Source of the DNA: an uncultured Deinococcaceae bacterium
Lineage (GTDB): Bacteria; Deinococcota; Deinococci; Deinococcales; Deinococcaceae
NCBI GenBank assembly: GCA_964252075.1
Contig: CAXULY010000003.1
Location: forward strand, 49,459-113,458
DNA: 64,000 bases
Direction: 5' to 3'
The notes under the pieces were generated by a model. It was given only the letters and a program-made list of their open reading frames with translations. It searched no databases and was not told the DNA's origin. Both the position numbers and the translations under genes were made by a program. Shown piece after piece: positions 18,145-25,915 of the stretch. How positions within the stretch are numbered: position 1 is the stretch's first letter; each line of letters starts with the position of its first letter.

Positions 18145-18824
18145 TCCAGGTGCCTCCATGTTTTGCGGCGCACGATGGAGGACACGCCAGACTGGCTCAG
18201 GCCGAACGCACGGGCGAGGCTGTAACCCGATTCGCCCGCCGCGTGCCGAGCGCGCAGCTCACGCACCTGATCTGCAGTCAGTGGGGATTTGTGCGGTTGC
18301 GACCTGCCCGCATGGGCAGATGACATGCGTGCCCGAGCGTCCTGGGTGTGCGCTTGCCCGAGGCGCAGTTTGTTGCCCTTCAGGCGCTGTGCAGTCGCCC
18401 TTCGGTGTTTGGCCGTGCGGGTGTATCCGGGGCGCCCGAGGCCAGCCTCGGCGATCTTTGCTCTAGCCTCCTGGGTGTGCCGCAGCCCAAGGTTGCTGTC
18501 CGCTCGAAGGCGCACGTTGTAGCCAGAGCCTTGGACGTTGGCTTGCTTGTCGTCAATCCACTGGGCCTCACGGATCAGCAGGTCGGCAGGCGCAATGCCG
18601 GTTTCCAGCACCTCGACCACGAAGTTGGCCGCACCGTGCTGCCAGTCCGCCTGCAAGGCACGATTGCGGTGAACGCCTCTGTTGAGCTGAGCCCTGTGGC
18701 TCCGCAAGCGCTTACCGATGTTGGAGCTGCTCCCGACGTAGACCTGACGGCTGGCCGTATTGCGAATCGCGTACACCCCGGACACACCCACGAGGTACAA
18801 CTGCGGCAGTTTGAGCAGCAGCAT
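18141..18824 (-). CDS. GIY-YIG endonuclease with NUMOD3-like repeats and C-terminal HTH (free-standing homing endonuclease-like)
   Basis: GVYAI...YVGSS.NIGKR..SH, RE..WID, GYN; HTQEARAKI/HTQDARARMS; LARAFGLSQSGVSSIV. Confidence 0.9.
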   Translation of the reverse strand: MLLLKLPQLYLVGVSGVYAIRNTASRQVYVGSSSNIGKRLRSHRAQLNRGVHRNRALQADWQHGAANFVVEVLETGIAPADLLIREAQWIDDKQANVQGSGYNVRLRADSNLGLRHTQEARAKIAEAGLGRPGYTRTAKHRRATAQRLKGNKLRLGQAHTQDARARMSSAHAGRSQPHKSPLTADQVRELRARHAAGESGYSLARAFGLSQSGVSSIVRRKTWRHLE

Positions 18825-19234
18825 CAGGCGCGCGCCTCGCCCGTTCGGGCGGCCCAGGCGCGCTGCTCGGTCAGGTACCCGAACAGCGGACCGGTGAACG
18901 CGCCGTACAGCAGGTCCAGGTTCACGGGGTCCGCGCGGCGCATTGCGCCCGCCAGCGCCCGATAGAACCCACCGGCCACGTCGGGGCGCTCCATGTAGTC
19001 GGCGAGCAGCACCACCTCGCAGGCCTGCAGCGCCTCGAACTGCGCGCGCGGCCGCGCCGCCTGCAGAACCTGGTGCCCGACGAGCTGCGCGGTGCGCTCG
19101 GGCAGCAGCACGGACGCTGACCCGTCCGTCTCGCGGATGTGCAGCAGCACGCAGCCGCTGTCGGGCATGACGGTCAGGGTGTCGCCGTACACGTCGGTGT
19201 ACCACTGTTCGCCTTCCTTCGTGGTGACGGTCAC
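18824..19234 (-). CDS. Phage hypothetical protein
   Basis: 136 aa coupled ORF; GGFYRALAGAMRRADPVN. Confidence 0.55.
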   Translation of the reverse strand: MTVTTKEGEQWYTDVYGDTLTVMPDSGCVLLHIRETDGSASVLLPERTAQLVGHQVLQAARPRAQFEALQACEVVLLADYMERPDVAGGFYRALAGAMRRADPVNLDLLYGAFTGPLFGYLTEQRAWAARTGEARA

Positions 19235-19446
19235 GCGGTCACCTGCTCCGGCGCGTGGCGCTGGTGATCGTCAGCCAGGCGATTTGAAGCCGCAACCCAC
19301 TGCGCGAAGAGCTGATCGAGTTCCTCCTCGCACGCCTTGACACCCCGGCGATGCTCGACCAGGGCCGCGAGGACTTCTTCACTCCGCTGCTGGATGCGCT
19401 TGATCTCGTCGAGGTCCTCGTGGCTGGAACGGTGGGTGTCAGGCAT
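19231..19446 (-). CDS. Small coiled-coil phage protein
   Basis: ATG after GGAGGT RBS; 71 aa. Confidence 0.5.
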   Translation of the reverse strand: MPDTHRSSHEDLDEIKRIQQRSEEVLAALVEHRRGVKACEEELDQLFAQWVAASNRLADDHQRHAPEQVTA

Positions 19447-19778
19447 GCGGGCACCTCCTGCAGGGGAAAGAGACGCCGGAACTCCACGGTTCCGGCGCGG
19501 GTGACGGTGATGGAGCCCAGGCCCTGTGACGCGAGGGCGCGGGCATCCAGGGACGGGCGGCCGTACAGCACGCCGCGCTCCAGCAGCGCGAGGTGGGCGT
19601 GCTCGTGGTTCACGAGCACGCCCCGGCTGTCTGCGGGCAGCGCCGGGAAGTCGAAGTCGAGCTGGGGGAGCATGGCGGGCTGCCCGCCTGTGATGGCCTT
19701 GCGTCCGGCGCACACACCCACCACCAGGAAGCTGGCGAGCGCGCCCACACCGATGCTGAGGGCCGGCATCACAGCCAC
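19239..19778 (-). CDS. Phage protein with N-terminal hydrophobic segment; C-terminus overlaps the downstream gene
   Basis: ORF track; hydrophobic N-terminus; true 3' end uncertain. Confidence 0.4.
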   Translation of the reverse strand: MAVMPALSIGVGALASFLVVGVCAGRKAITGGQPAMLPQLDFDFPALPADSRGVLVNHEHAHLALLERGVLYGRPSLDARALASQGLGSITVTRAGTVEFRRLFPLQEVPACLTPTVPATRTSTRSSASSSGVKKSSRPWSSIAGVSRRARRNSISSSRSGLRLQIAWLTITSATRRSR

Positions 19779-20293
19779 CGCTCCATCAGCACCCTGCGCT
19801 CAGGCTCGGGGAGGGACGCGAACAGCTCGGCCGTCATGTCCTCAACGGTGGGTGAGGTCGGCTGCGCGGCCCGGACCTCCTGCGCGCGGGCCTCCCGACC
19901 GGCGCGCAGCGCGAGGCGGTACAGCAGCTCGCCGGGCTTCGCGTGGTACGTGAAGGTGAAGGTGCCGTCGTCGGCGCGCTGGTGCTCGCACGTGAGGCTG
20001 ACGCCGGCGCTCTCCGCGCGGTCGCGCAGCGCGCGCATCTCACCCGCGCACGTGAACACGCCGTCATGCACCCGGCCCTGCACCTGCACGCCCGCCTCGG
20101 TCATGAGCGCGCCGAGGCCGCGGCGCTGCAGGTACAGTTGCAGGCCTGCCGCGTGCCGCTCGCAGTCCGGGCCGACGATGCCCAGGCCGGGCACGATCAC
20201 CGCGCCGGGCTTGAGGGCGCGGCGGCACAGCGCGCAGTGCGTGGCGGAGCTGTGGCGCTTGAGGGTGGGGGTGGGAGTGTGTACTGTGGTCAT
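19769..20293 (-). CDS. DUF6011-like Zn-binding phage protein
   Basis: CALCRRAL......GLGIVGPDC; AAAGGA RBS. Confidence 0.6.
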   Translation of the reverse strand: MTTVHTPTPTLKRHSSATHCALCRRALKPGAVIVPGLGIVGPDCERHAAGLQLYLQRRGLGALMTEAGVQVQGRVHDGVFTCAGEMRALRDRAESAGVSLTCEHQRADDGTFTFTYHAKPGELLYRLALRAGREARAQEVRAAQPTSPTVEDMTAELFASLPEPERRVLMERWL

Positions 20294-20372
20294 GGACTAT
20301 CTGGTCCTTTCCCGCGCCTACCGGTGTGATCTGCCGTCCAAGCAATCACCGAGTGGCGCGGTGTTCTTTAGC

Positions 20373-20711
20373 TCAGCGGCGCCCCTGTGACGCCGCCGCC
20401 TTCACGCCCGGCGGGGCGGTGTTGGTGGGTTGAAGTGGTACTTGTGGTGCGCTCTGCAGGTATTCCGCAAGGTCCGCGTGCGTGATGATCCACGCTCCCT
20501 TGCCCGCGCGAATGCCGCGCAGCGTGCCAGAGCGCAACAGGCCGTACAGGTGCTTTTCGCTGAGGCTGGACTGCTGCGCGGCCTCTCGCAGGGTGTACGC
20601 GAGCTTCGTCGGACGCTGGGCGAGGGCTTCAAGGTGCTTCGCGAGCAGGTCAGGCAGAACCTCGTTCAGCACCTGCGTCACCACCTCCCGGACCGCGACT
20701 TCGATGCTCAT
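20373..20711 (-). CDS. Excisionase-like HTH_17 DNA-binding protein
   Basis: AYTLREAAQQSSLSEKHLYGLLRSGTLRGIRAG...WII. Confidence 0.8.
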   Translation of the reverse strand: MSIEVAVREVVTQVLNEVLPDLLAKHLEALAQRPTKLAYTLREAAQQSSLSEKHLYGLLRSGTLRGIRAGKGAWIITHADLAEYLQSAPQVPLQPTNTAPPGVKAAASQGRR

Positions 20712-20866
20712 CGGAGCCTGCGTGGCTGCGCGCGGTAGCCGAAGCGGGCGTGTAGCAGGGCCACCTCGCGCTCCTGCTGCTCGCGATCGCGTCTCGCCTT
20801 CGAAACCATGTAGCCGTCGCTGTGCACGAAGCCCCAGCGGATGAGCAGGCGGCGCAGCTTGCTCAC
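20708..20866 (-). CDS. Small phage protein
   Basis: Own translation VSKLRRLLIRWGFVHSDG...; ATGA-coupled to next gene; 52 aa. Confidence 0.35.
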   Translation of the reverse strand: MSKLRRLLIRWGFVHSDGYMVSKARRDREQQEREVALLHARFGYRAQPRRLR

Positions 20867-20908
20867 CAAGCACCGCCCTTTAGCCTGTTGGGCGAAAGGA
20901 GGTGAGAC

Positions 20909-21145
20909 ATGGCAGAGAAACGAGAAGGCGCCTCATCCGTGGTCGATGCGGAAGCGAAAGCGACCGAGATCGCTGCGGCGTGGGTGCAGAGCGTCTTCAC
21001 GCTGAACGAGCGGCACGGCGGGTACGACAAGCCGGGCAAGTTCTGGGACGGCGTGAAAGAAGACGATGGGGAGGCCATCAAGGCCCGCTTGCGGGAAATG
21101 GCGGACCTCATCGGCGACCTGAAGCGGCGGATTCTGGAGCCGTAA
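20909..21145 (+). CDS. Small protein on the opposite strand of the early operon
   Basis: 78 aa with strong AAGGAGGTGA RBS. Confidence 0.6.
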   Translation: MAEKREGASSVVDAEAKATEIAAAWVQSVFTLNERHGGYDKPGKFWDGVKEDDGEAIKARLREMADLIGDLKRRILEP

Positions 21146-21332
21146 AGTAGGCGGCCTGCGCGGCACGGACCTGTTCAGGGGAACCCGTGAAGCGCGTCAC
21201 AACACGCTCGAAACCACGATCCTCGTGAATTTCGACCATGACCCAGGGCTCCGCGCTGACCGCTGCAACGGTCACGCGGAGTTCCTGTTTGATCGAAGGA
21301 AGGCTTCGCAGCCAGCGTAAGAATCGGTTCAT
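21108..21332 (-). CDS. Small phage protein
   Basis: MNRFLRWLRSLP...; ATGA-coupled; GAGGAG RBS. Confidence 0.45.
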   Translation of the reverse strand: MNRFLRWLRSLPSIKQELRVTVAAVSAEPWVMVEIHEDRGFERVVTRFTGSPEQVRAAQAAYFTAPESAASGRR

Positions 21333-21685
21333 GCGGACTCCTCTTCCAGCGCAGCTGGACGCAGGACCCACGGGCGAACCGGGGCGGGGGCGGTGCCCTG
21401 CTGCCCATCGAGCCAGCGGCGCACCGCCCACTTGGCGACCACCAGGCGTCCGGCAATTTTGCGAACAGGAAAGGGCGGCGGGTCCTGGTGGCACAGCGCA
21501 TAGGCGGCGTTGCGTCCCACACGCAGGTAGGCCGCGAGTTCGGGCATGGTGAGCACCGTGTCGTCTTCGCACTCGGGCTCACTGTTGGGGTAGGGGACCT
21601 TCCCCAGGTGCTGGGCGAGTAAACCGGGCAGGGTGTTGGCCAATGCCTGCGTAACTGCTTCCTGGAGAGCGGCTTCGAGGTTCAT
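21329..21685 (-). CDS. Second excisionase-like HTH_17 protein
   Basis: VLTMPELAAYLRVGRNAAYAL...FPVRKIAGRLVV. Confidence 0.8.
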   Translation of the reverse strand: MNLEAALQEAVTQALANTLPGLLAQHLGKVPYPNSEPECEDDTVLTMPELAAYLRVGRNAAYALCHQDPPPFPVRKIAGRLVVAKWAVRRWLDGQQGTAPAPVRPWVLRPAALEEESA

Positions 21686-21930
21686 CTCACTTCTCCAGCG
21701 GATAGTCCATCTACTAAGTCGGCGACCGAAAAATTGAGGGCGGCTGCGAATAAACGCAGGCTTTCTACAGTTAAGTTGGCTCGTTCCCCGCTTTCTATCT
21801 GGCTGATGTCACTGATGCGGCGGCGGTCCCAGCCCAACCGCTCACACAACTCCGCCTGCGTCAGCTGGAGTGTGCTGCGTCGGGCTTTTATCGCCTCACC
21901 AACATGGCGGCGTTCCGTCTCCGTAGCCAT
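21682..21930 (-). CDS. Cro-like XRE HTH regulator (leaderless)
   Basis: IKARR..LQLTQAELCERLG...ISQIESG..NLTVESL; ATG 6 nt after the -10 TATTAT. Confidence 0.85.
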   Translation of the reverse strand: MATETERRHVGEAIKARRSTLQLTQAELCERLGWDRRRISDISQIESGERANLTVESLRLFAAALNFSVADLVDGLSAGEVR

Positions 21931-21936
21931 GGCCGG

Positions 21937-22028
21937 ATAATAGGACATAGCCTAAGTATGGTCAAGCGCTAATACTTGTGCCATTAACTTTGCTTGAAAG
22001 CTAACTTAGGCTATGGCATAAGTTATGC
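21937..22028. promoter_or_regulatory. Divergent immunity promoters with shared operators
   Basis: Minus: TTGACC-17-TATTAT; plus: TTGAAA (21994) before ATG 22029; ACTTAGGCTATG in inverted orientation at 21946-21957 and 22004-22015; GCATAAGTTATGC palindrome at 22016-22028. Confidence 0.8.
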
Positions 22029-22538
22029 ATGACCCTAGCGGCCCCTGCCCTAAGACGAATCAGACCTGCGCGTATGGCGAGTAAGGCGCTCGACAAATTC
22101 GCAGCTGGGCAGCTGATCAAGCGGCGCCGCGAAGAATTGGGACTCACACAAGATCAGGTAGTCGAGAACACCAGCATTCCAGTCGCTACCTACGTCAGCG
22201 AACTTGAGAACGGCAAGGTGAACGTCGCCCGCAGCAAGCACTTTCCCAGCCTCGCGCGGTATCTCCGGCTTTCACAGGCAGATATTCGTGCGATCAACCC
22301 GGCCGCGGTCTTCGCGCCAGAAGATTTCTCCCTCGAAGATCTTCTGTCCGAGTTGCCTGAAAGCCTGCAGGAAACTGTGCAGGAATACGGCAAGCGCGCG
22401 CCCGATCTGCTGGACCCAGCCTGGCAGCAATTTCTCGCCAGTATGCGGTTTCGTGGAGAGAGACCGGAGACGGCTGAAGCCTGGTGGGATCTCTACCGCG
22501 ATCTGATCCGACACAACATCGACCCCCGACAAAACTAG
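22029..22538 (+). CDS. Prophage repressor: XRE HTH plus DdrO-like C-terminal domain
   Basis: LIKRRREELGLTQ...YVSELENGK; C-terminus LPESL...PAW..FL..MRFRGERP....W..LY..L aligns with recalled DdrO LPKGL...PDW..[10 protein letters not shown]....W..IY..L. Confidence 0.85.
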   Translation: MTLAAPALRRIRPARMASKALDKFAAGQLIKRRREELGLTQDQVVENTSIPVATYVSELENGKVNVARSKHFPSLARYLRLSQADIRAINPAAVFAPEDFSLEDLLSELPESLQETVQEYGKRAPDLLDPAWQQFLASMRFRGERPETAEAWWDLYRDLIRHNIDPRQN

Positions 22539-22546
22539 GACGCCCC

Positions 22547-23194
22547 GTGTTCGAGCCCGTCTCTACCTTCGTTACTTACCTGCAGGAAACCCACGAGCGC
22601 TTCGGGTACGAGACCGACTTCAACCGCCTGGCGCACCAGCTCGGCATCATCGTCCTACCGGGCCGGTACAACAGCGCCACGGCCGGTCCGCCCGGCATCA
22701 TCACCATCCAGCACGCCGAGTTCGGCGCGCGCCGGAGCTTCACCAGCCAGCACGAGCTGTCCCACATCCTGATGCAGCGGTGCGGGGTCGAAGCCGAACT
22801 GGTCCGGCACTTCGGGGACTATGACGAGGCCGAACCGCATATCGAGGCTCTCGCCAATTACGGGGCTGGCCTGCTGCTGATGCCCGAACCTCTGTACGTC
22901 CAGGCGGTGGGTCTGCACGGTCACACCCCAGAAGCAATCCTGCACCTGCAGCAACACAGCCTCGCCAGTCTGCAGGCCGCGCTGCGCCGCTACGTGTACG
23001 CCGAGCCCGACGAGCGGCGCGCCGCCTTTCGCACCAGCGGGAGTTACATCGCGGACGTGGCCGCTCTGAACTGCACGCTGCCCTTCTGGCGGTGGGACAG
23101 GGTGCCTGAACCCAGCATGGTGCTCGACGAGGTGGAGATGCTCTACAGCCCGAGCGGAAGGACGGGGCTGGGGGTGGTCACATGCGAGAGGTGA
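22547..23194 (+). CDS. ImmA/IrrE-family Zn metallopeptidase (COG2856)
   Basis: RRSFTSQHELSH (HEXXH), IEALANYGAGLLLMP, HTH-like ASLQAALRR; GTG after AGGA. Confidence 0.92.
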   Translation: MFEPVSTFVTYLQETHERFGYETDFNRLAHQLGIIVLPGRYNSATAGPPGIITIQHAEFGARRSFTSQHELSHILMQRCGVEAELVRHFGDYDEAEPHIEALANYGAGLLLMPEPLYVQAVGLHGHTPEAILHLQQHSLASLQAALRRYVYAEPDERRAAFRTSGSYIADVAALNCTLPFWRWDRVPEPSMVLDEVEMLYSPSGRTGLGVVTCER

Positions 23195-23286
23195 CATCTT
23201 CGACGATCTGGCCGTAAGGCGTTCCTTTGACTCCACACCCTCGGTACAGGCACACCGCTTGTTCACCTGATTTAGGAGAAGCAAAG

Positions 23287-23598
23287 ATGCGGAAACAGTT
23301 GCTTTTTGGCTTTGTGCTTTTGACCTCTGGCGTTGCAAATGCCGCGAACTGGCAGTACGCGGTACTCAATGAAACGAGTAATGGTGGTTTGATTTGGCTG
23401 CCAAACGACGGCTCTGTGGTTGAGGCGAGTAATTACGGTGGGCTTATAGCAAAACTCAATTGCGCATTTAACAACACCAGTCTTTCTAGCGTCCTTAATT
23501 GTGTTGGAGGTCAAGGCTGGGAATTGATCGGCACGAGTCAGAAATTGAATGCCACTGGCGCCTTGACGACCTATACCTTCAAACGCTCCGCACCATGA
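23287..23598 (+). CDS. Secreted DUF4177-like small protein (low-GC cargo)
   Basis: Signal peptide MRKQLLFGFVLLTSGVANA; WQYAVL...LNCVGGQGWELI...YTFKR. Confidence 0.7.
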   Translation: MRKQLLFGFVLLTSGVANAANWQYAVLNETSNGGLIWLPNDGSVVEASNYGGLIAKLNCAFNNTSLSSVLNCVGGQGWELIGTSQKLNATGALTTYTFKRSAP

Positions 23599-23617
23599 AC
23601 GTCAAGGCAGTGGTGCC

Positions 23618-24601
23618 ATGAGGAGACGCGATAAAGCGGCCAAAGGGCGCGTCCGAATCTTTCTTGATGAGTTCGAGCGGGATGGTCTTTTTGTTCTTGC
23701 CGCTTCAATCGTGCCTGAAGCTCAACTCGGCCGACTTGCTGAGCGGTGGACCTCACTGCGAAAACGCATCAAAGCTCGTCTCTTACAGGATTACCCTCGC
23801 TCGTGGACTCACGCTCATTTACAGGGGGAGAACTTACCTGAGGTCCATGCGGTTGATTTATTTCAAAGCAAGGGGTACTACCGCCAGGACAATCCACAGA
23901 ATCCAGAATATTGGAAGCAGCACTATTTGTGGATTGAAGAAGCTTTGGATATCCCTCGCAGGCATGGCGTTAAGACGTTTTATTTCGTTGCTGACAGAGC
24001 AGGCGTGGATGCACTACACCAGTCTGAGGGTCATAACTTCGACAGAATATTTAGCATTTTACAAAAATATTCAAGGGTGATGAAGAAGATTCGCAGCCTT
24101 CTAAAAAACCCCTATATAACTTCTTTCGCCATAACCCTGTCATTAATTAACATCTACCTAGAGGGTAAAGGGCTTCACGGCGAAATTATATGTGACGACA
24201 AAGACGAAGCGAAGGGATTCTCCCTATTAGAGGGATATAGCGCTTTAAAACGCCATGGTCTTTTTAACAGCTTGTCTGCGCCCAAGTTTAGCGATGGGCT
24301 GAGCGAGCCGCTTCTACAAATGACAGATGTCTTGTGCTACGTCTACGGTCGATCCATCCACTCAGCTCATACTGGGCAGTCTGCGCCTGATGAAATTCGA
24401 AAATGGTTCACTGAGCGAGTTTACCCTCATGCTTTGGACCTGTTGTACAACAACGACCCGAGGGAAGCCAGTGTCGCAACGGTCATGTTGCTCGAACTAC
24501 TTGCGGTCCATTCTGGTGCTCCCCTTGCCGAGCGGGAGCGCTTTCTCAAAGTCTTGGACCATATAGTCAAAATCTCGCTTGAACCCGGTCAGGACACATA
24601 A
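23618..24601 (+). CDS. DUF3800-like protein (predicted RNase H fold), low-GC cargo
   Basis: IFLDE...FVLAASIV, EVHAVDL, IICDD, LLQMTDVLCY match the DUF3800 DES/ELH/D/Q.AD pattern. Confidence 0.7.
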   Translation: MRRRDKAAKGRVRIFLDEFERDGLFVLAASIVPEAQLGRLAERWTSLRKRIKARLLQDYPRSWTHAHLQGENLPEVHAVDLFQSKGYYRQDNPQNPEYWKQHYLWIEEALDIPRRHGVKTFYFVADRAGVDALHQSEGHNFDRIFSILQKYSRVMKKIRSLLKNPYITSFAITLSLINIYLEGKGLHGEIICDDKDEAKGFSLLEGYSALKRHGLFNSLSAPKFSDGLSEPLLQMTDVLCYVYGRSIHSAHTGQSAPDEIRKWFTERVYPHALDLLYNNDPREASVATVMLLELLAVHSGAPLAERERFLKVLDHIVKISLEPGQDT

Positions 24602-24607
24602 ATGTAC

Positions 24608-24665
24608 AAGAGCCCATCCGAAGATGGGCCCCTGTCTGGTCGTAGTGTACCACCATGACCATTCA
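24608..24665 (+). ncRNA. Candidate DUF3800-associated structured RNA
   Basis: GCCCATC-CGAA-GATGGGC and TGGTCGT..GTG-TAC-CAC..ATGACCA hairpins right after the stop codon. Confidence 0.45.
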
Positions 24666-24700
24666 CTGTCCAATGATCGAACATACCAATTGGAGACCGA

Positions 24701-25897
24701 ATGCGCGGCAAGGGCGAAGGCACCATCACGGGATTGGCAAGCGGTCGTTATCGCGCGCGCTTCACGTCCGGGTACACCCGATCGGGCAGCCAAAGGCGCC
24801 TCTCGCGCACCTTCGACACCAAGCGAGAGGCGCAGGCCTGGTTGCGCGAAGTGGGGCAGCAGCAGGACGCAGGCGTGTTCGCAGAACCCACGAAGGTGAC
24901 GGTCCGGGACTGGACCGAGCAGTACCTCGCTGCACTGGAGATCCGGCCGAACACCAAGCACGATTACGACAAGGCGCTTGCGCCCGTGCTCGAGCGTTTC
25001 GGTGACACTCGGCTGCGTGACTTGACGCCAGTCGTCATCCAGGCGGCTTTGAACCACTGGGCAAAGTCACGCTCGCCCTACCAGAACCGCAAGACACTCG
25101 CGCGGTTCAAGGCGTGCCTGCAGGAAGCGACCCGGCTGGAACTGCTGTCGCGCAATCCAGCCGCGCCCATCCGAGCGCCGCGGTTGGAACGCGGCAACAT
25201 CCTGGTGTGGACCGCTGAGGAGGCCGGGCAGGTCCTGATGCACGCCAGCAAAACGGACCACCGCCTGTACACCTACGTGCACGTGAACCTCACGACCGGA
25301 TTGCGCCGGGAGGAGATGCTGGGTCTTCGCTGGCAGGACCTCGCCTTTCGACAGGCGGGAGAGGTCGAGGTGGCCACGCTGAGCGTGCGGCAGACCTGCA
25401 CGTACATCAAGGGCAAGGCGTCTTTTGGCCCACCTAAAACGCGCGCCGGGCGCCGCACGCTCGCCCTCGATGCCGGCACGGTGGCGGTGCTGCGCGCGTG
25501 GCGGGAGCGCCAGGTGCTGGAGCGCAAGCTGGCCAAGGGCCGCTGGCAGGAGCACGACCTGGTGTTTCCCTCGACGCGAGGCACGCCAGCGCCAGAATCA
25601 CGGCTGGCATATGCCTTCAGCGACCTCGCGATCAAGGCCAAGGTGCCACGCATCCGTCTCTACGACCTGCGCCACACCTATGCGTCCATCGCCTACGAGA
25701 AAGGTGTGCCGGTCAAGTTGATCGGGGAGCGCATGGGGCACACCAACATTGCGTTCACACTGCAGACCTACGTGCACACGAACGATGAGCAGCGGCGCTC
25801 GGCAGCACTGGGCGCCGATCATCTGTACGGCTTCAGTCTCAGCCCGTCAGGACCCGTTCAGGACACGGCAGGGGAAAAAGAGCAGGACGCGGTGTAG
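24701..25897 (+). CDS. int: Tyrosine recombinase (phage integrase)
   Basis: RGKGEGTI arm-binding N-terminus; TGLRREE.LGLRW.D, K, YDLRHTYAS, MGH, YVH catalytic motifs. Confidence 0.97.
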   Translation: MRGKGEGTITGLASGRYRARFTSGYTRSGSQRRLSRTFDTKREAQAWLREVGQQQDAGVFAEPTKVTVRDWTEQYLAALEIRPNTKHDYDKALAPVLERFGDTRLRDLTPVVIQAALNHWAKSRSPYQNRKTLARFKACLQEATRLELLSRNPAAPIRAPRLERGNILVWTAEEAGQVLMHASKTDHRLYTYVHVNLTTGLRREEMLGLRWQDLAFRQAGEVEVATLSVRQTCTYIKGKASFGPPKTRAGRRTLALDAGTVAVLRAWRERQVLERKLAKGRWQEHDLVFPSTRGTPAPESRLAYAFSDLAIKAKVPRIRLYDLRHTYASIAYEKGVPVKLIGERMGHTNIAFTLQTYVHTNDEQRRSAALGADHLYGFSLSPSGPVQDTAGEKEQDAV

Positions 25898-25911
25898 AGA
25901 ACCGCGTCCTG
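25875..25911 (-). terminator. Terminator downstream of the tRNA, overlapping the integrase stop
   Basis: CAGGACGCGGT-7 nt-ACCGCGTCCTG hairpin followed by CTCTTTTT on the minus strand. Confidence 0.7.
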
Positions 25912-25915
25912 GTGG

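Noticed and set aside
19239..19446. Overlapping dual-coding region
   Set aside because: Probably loss of an ATGA-type stop (GCATGC rather than GCATGA), giving a nonfunctional tail on the upstream ORF
22029..23194. Calling these genes the host ddrO and irrE
   Set aside because: They sit in the prophage immunity region, are far more divergent than the highly conserved host DdrO, have non-RDRM operators, and the protease is shorter than IrrE
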